From assembly GCA_018650465.1 (NCBI GenBank), contig JABIFY010000103.1, forward strand, positions 13,362 through 77,361: a stretch of 64,000 nucleotides of DNA, in the 5' to 3' direction. This document shows positions 61,838 through 64,000 of this stretch, piece after piece; within the stretch, counting starts at the first letter, position 1, and the number at the start of each line of letters is the position of its first letter. The position numbers were made by a program, and so were the translations under genes. Source of the DNA: Alphaproteobacteria bacterium (GTDB lineage Bacteria; Pseudomonadota; Alphaproteobacteria; UBA2966). The notes below the pieces were generated by a model. That model searched no databases. It saw nothing but the letters and a program-made list of their open reading frames with translations, and had not been told where the DNA came from.

Positions 61838-63385
61838 GTGAAGGAATTCGTTATCCCCGCTCGCACCAACAAAGCACGCGCCGCCGTTGCTGAAAAGCAC
61901 TCAGGCCAAACGACAAAATTCTGGTTTTTAACTGCCTTGGCTGTTCTTGTTGTCTTCAGCTTCATGTCTGTAGCAAATGCAAGGGGGGCACCGGACAGTT
62001 TTGCGGACTTGGCGGAACGTCTGTTGCCGGCGGTCGTTAATATTTCGACCACCCAGGTTGTGCAGCAGCGTCAGCAACAAAAACGCGACGTGCCCATGCC
62101 ACAGTTTCCGCCGGGATCACCCTTTGAAGATTTTTTCAAAGATTTCTTTGATCGTCAGGAACGGGGCGACGGAAAGGGTGAAGAAGGCAAGCCGCGCTCA
62201 CGCAAGGCAACATCATTGGGGTCGGGCTTTATTATTGATCCGTCCGGTATCGTCATCACCAACAATCACGTGATCGCGGAAGCGGACGAGATCCATGTCA
62301 TTCTGACGGACGGAACGCGCCTCGAAGCCAAGCTGGTTGGCACAGACCCGAAAACGGATATCGCTGTCCTGCAGGTCAAAACGGACAAGGAATTGCCATA
62401 TGTAAAATTTGGCGTTTCAAAAAAGGCCCGTGTCGGTGACTGGGTGATGGCCATTGGCAACCCCTTTGGCTTGGGTGGCAGTGTGACGGCAGGCATTATT
62501 TCGGCCCGGTCGCGCAACATCAGCGCTGGCCCTTATGATGATTTCATCCAAACCGATGCCTCCATTAACCGGGGCAATTCAGGCGGACCGCTGTTCGACA
62601 TGGCGGGCGATGTTATTGGCATCAACACCGCAATATTTTCACCCACCGGTGGCAGTGTTGGCATTGGTTTTTCCGTGCCGTCTGACATGGCCAAAGCCGT
62701 CGTCAGCCAATTGCGCGAATTTGGCCGCACCCGACGCGGCTGGCTGGGTGTACGGATCCAGCCCGTGTCAGACGAAATCGCTGAAAGCCTCGGTTTGAAA
62801 ACAGCCAAGGGGGCGTTGGTTGCCGGTGTCTTTGATGATGGCCCGGCTCGTGAAGCAGGGATCGAGCCTGGCGATGTCATTCTCACGTTCGATGGCAAGA
62901 AAGTACCTCACGTCCGACAGTTGCCAAGAATTGTTGCAGAAACAGTTATCGGTAAAGATATTGAAGTTGAAGTTTGGCGCAAAGGTAAAACCGTCCACCT
63001 TCAGGTCCAGGTTGGAGAATTAAAAGAAGACAAGGTGGCGTCCGTAAAGCCCGTCCAAAACCAGGAAAAAACGATCACCAGTACGGTTGATGCCCTTGGT
63101 ATGACCTTGTCGGCGATCACTGATGATCTGCGCAAGCGTTATGAAGTTCAGGCCGACGTTGCAGGTGTTGTTGTCGTCAAGGTTGAGACCAATTCTGCAG
63201 CCGCTGAAAAAGGCATTCGTCCCGGAGATGTAATTGTTGAAGTCAGTCAGGAAGAGGTTTCCAGTCCCGACGAAGTGGTCAACAAGGTTACAGCTGTACA
63301 GGAATCGAAACGAAAATCAGTTTTGCTTTTGTTGCAGCGGGCCGAGGATTTACGCTTTGTCGCACTAATATTGAAGGAAAGCTGA
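61838..63385 (+). CDS. degP: Periplasmic serine endoprotease DegP/HtrA (Do family; trypsin domain + 2 PDZ)
   Basis: 515 aa; GTG start with AGGAG RBS; catalytic GNSGGPL; two PDZ domains. Confidence 0.9.
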   Translation: MKEFVIPARTNKARAAVAEKHSGQTTKFWFLTALAVLVVFSFMSVANARGAPDSFADLAERLLPAVVNISTTQVVQQRQQQKRDVPMPQFPPGSPFEDFFKDFFDRQERGDGKGEEGKPRSRKATSLGSGFIIDPSGIVITNNHVIAEADEIHVILTDGTRLEAKLVGTDPKTDIAVLQVKTDKELPYVKFGVSKKARVGDWVMAIGNPFGLGGSVTAGIISARSRNISAGPYDDFIQTDASINRGNSGGPLFDMAGDVIGINTAIFSPTGGSVGIGFSVPSDMAKAVVSQLREFGRTRRGWLGVRIQPVSDEIAESLGLKTAKGALVAGVFDDGPAREAGIEPGDVILTFDGKKVPHVRQLPRIVAETVIGKDIEVEVWRKGKTVHLQVQVGELKEDKVASVKPVQNQEKTITSTVDALGMTLSAITDDLRKRYEVQADVAGVVVVKVETNSAAAEKGIRPGDVIVEVSQEEVSSPDEVVNKVTAVQESKRKSVLLLLQRAEDLRFVALILKES

Positions 63386-63415
63386 TACTTGTTCCATTAG
63401 CTGGAATTGCTTTAA

Positions 63416-63446
63416 ACGGCGGGGGTTTTTCCCCGCCGTTTTTTTT
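63416..63446 (+). terminator. Intrinsic terminator ACGGCGGGGG-ttttt-CCCCGCCGT followed by T8
   Basis: Seen directly 30 nt after degP stop. Confidence 0.85.
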
Positions 63447-63623
63447 GTGTTCACGGGGAATGATTTTGCTGGTCAAAAGGCGCTGACTCCCTAAAATAGG
63501 CACTCAAGTACCGGTTTAAGTCCAATGGCTCGGCCCACAATTGTGGGATTGGGCCTGACAAAAGAGATGCCGGTTGCCTCTCTATCATGTGAGGTAAATT
63601 TAATAGTTCAGGGAGATTTCTTA

Positions 63624-64000
63624 ATGAGCGACACCATCAAGTATCAGCTACCCGAAGATCAAATTCCCAAGACATGGTATAATATCGCGGCTGACCTCAA
63701 GGTCCCACAAAGTCCGGTTCTGCATCCCGGTACCGGGCAGCCAATTGGCCCCGAAGACCTGGCCCCCTTGTTTCCTATGGCCCTCATTGGCCAGGAAGTC
63801 AGCCAGGAACGCGAAATCGAAATTCCCGATCCCGTACGCGACGTCTACAAACAATGGCGCTGCACACCCTTGTTTCGCGCCCGCCGTCTTGAACAGGCCC
63901 TGGATACGCCTGCGAAGATTTATTACAAGTATGAAGGTGTCAGTCCGGCCGGTAGCCATAAACCCAATACAGCCGTGGCCCAGGCCTTTTACAACAAGGA
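63624..64000 (+). CDS. TrpB-like PLP-dependent enzyme (tryptophan synthase beta-like, TrpB2-type), N-terminal part; continues beyond window
   Basis: ATG 63624 with GGGAG RBS; open to window end; [20 protein letters not shown] resembles the PLP-lysine region of TrpB-like enzymes. Confidence 0.55.
   Translation, partial: MSDTIKYQLPEDQIPKTWYNIAADLKVPQSPVLHPGTGQPIGPEDLAPLFPMALIGQEVSQEREIEIPDPVRDVYKQWRCTPLFRARRLEQALDTPAKIYYKYEGVSPAGSHKPNTAVAQAFYNK

Overview
This 64-kb window looks like a chromosomal segment of an alphaproteobacterium. The evidence is a two-piece permuted ssrA, a long-linker FtsZ, DUF2065 between hflC and degP, and RHH_4 next to fumA.

The first 25 kb is a complete, tightly coupled division and cell-wall (dcw) cluster: mraZ(partial)-rsmH-ftsL-ftsI-murE-murF-mraY-murD-ftsW-murG-murC-murB-ddl-ftsQ-ftsA-ftsZ, followed by lpxC, bamD, recN and ligA.

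The middle (25-50 kb) holds housekeeping and accessory genes. On the minus strand are prmA, uvrD, a giant AsmA-family protein, an FAD-linked oxidase, yqjG (GS-hydroquinone reductase), an MBL-fold hydrolase and rsmJ with an HpnH-like radical SAM gene. On the plus strand are a GAF-adenylate cyclase / hotdog thioesterase / membrane adenylate cyclase operon whose last gene is split by an in-frame TAA, a ClC channel, and tetR-nnrU.

The strongest novelty candidate is at about 50.0-52.9 kb. It is a low-GC island (about 40% GC against about 58-60% in the flanks) with no integrase. It carries a translationally coupled pair: a DUF262/DUF1524 (GmrSD/BrxU-like) nuclease and a PIN-like (DUF4935-like) protein. 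This looks like a candidate uncharacterised two-gene defense cassette.

Downstream are fumA with an RHH_4 gene, sspB lying immediately downstream of a two-piece (permuted) tmRNA gene whose tag is ANDNRQAFAVAA, thyX, deoD, mrp/apbC, hflK-hflC-DUF2065-degP, and the start of a trpB-like gene.

Two copies of a roughly 88-nt double-hairpin REP-like element flank the sspB-ssrA-thyX-deoD block. No CRISPR arrays, rRNA or tRNA genes were found.
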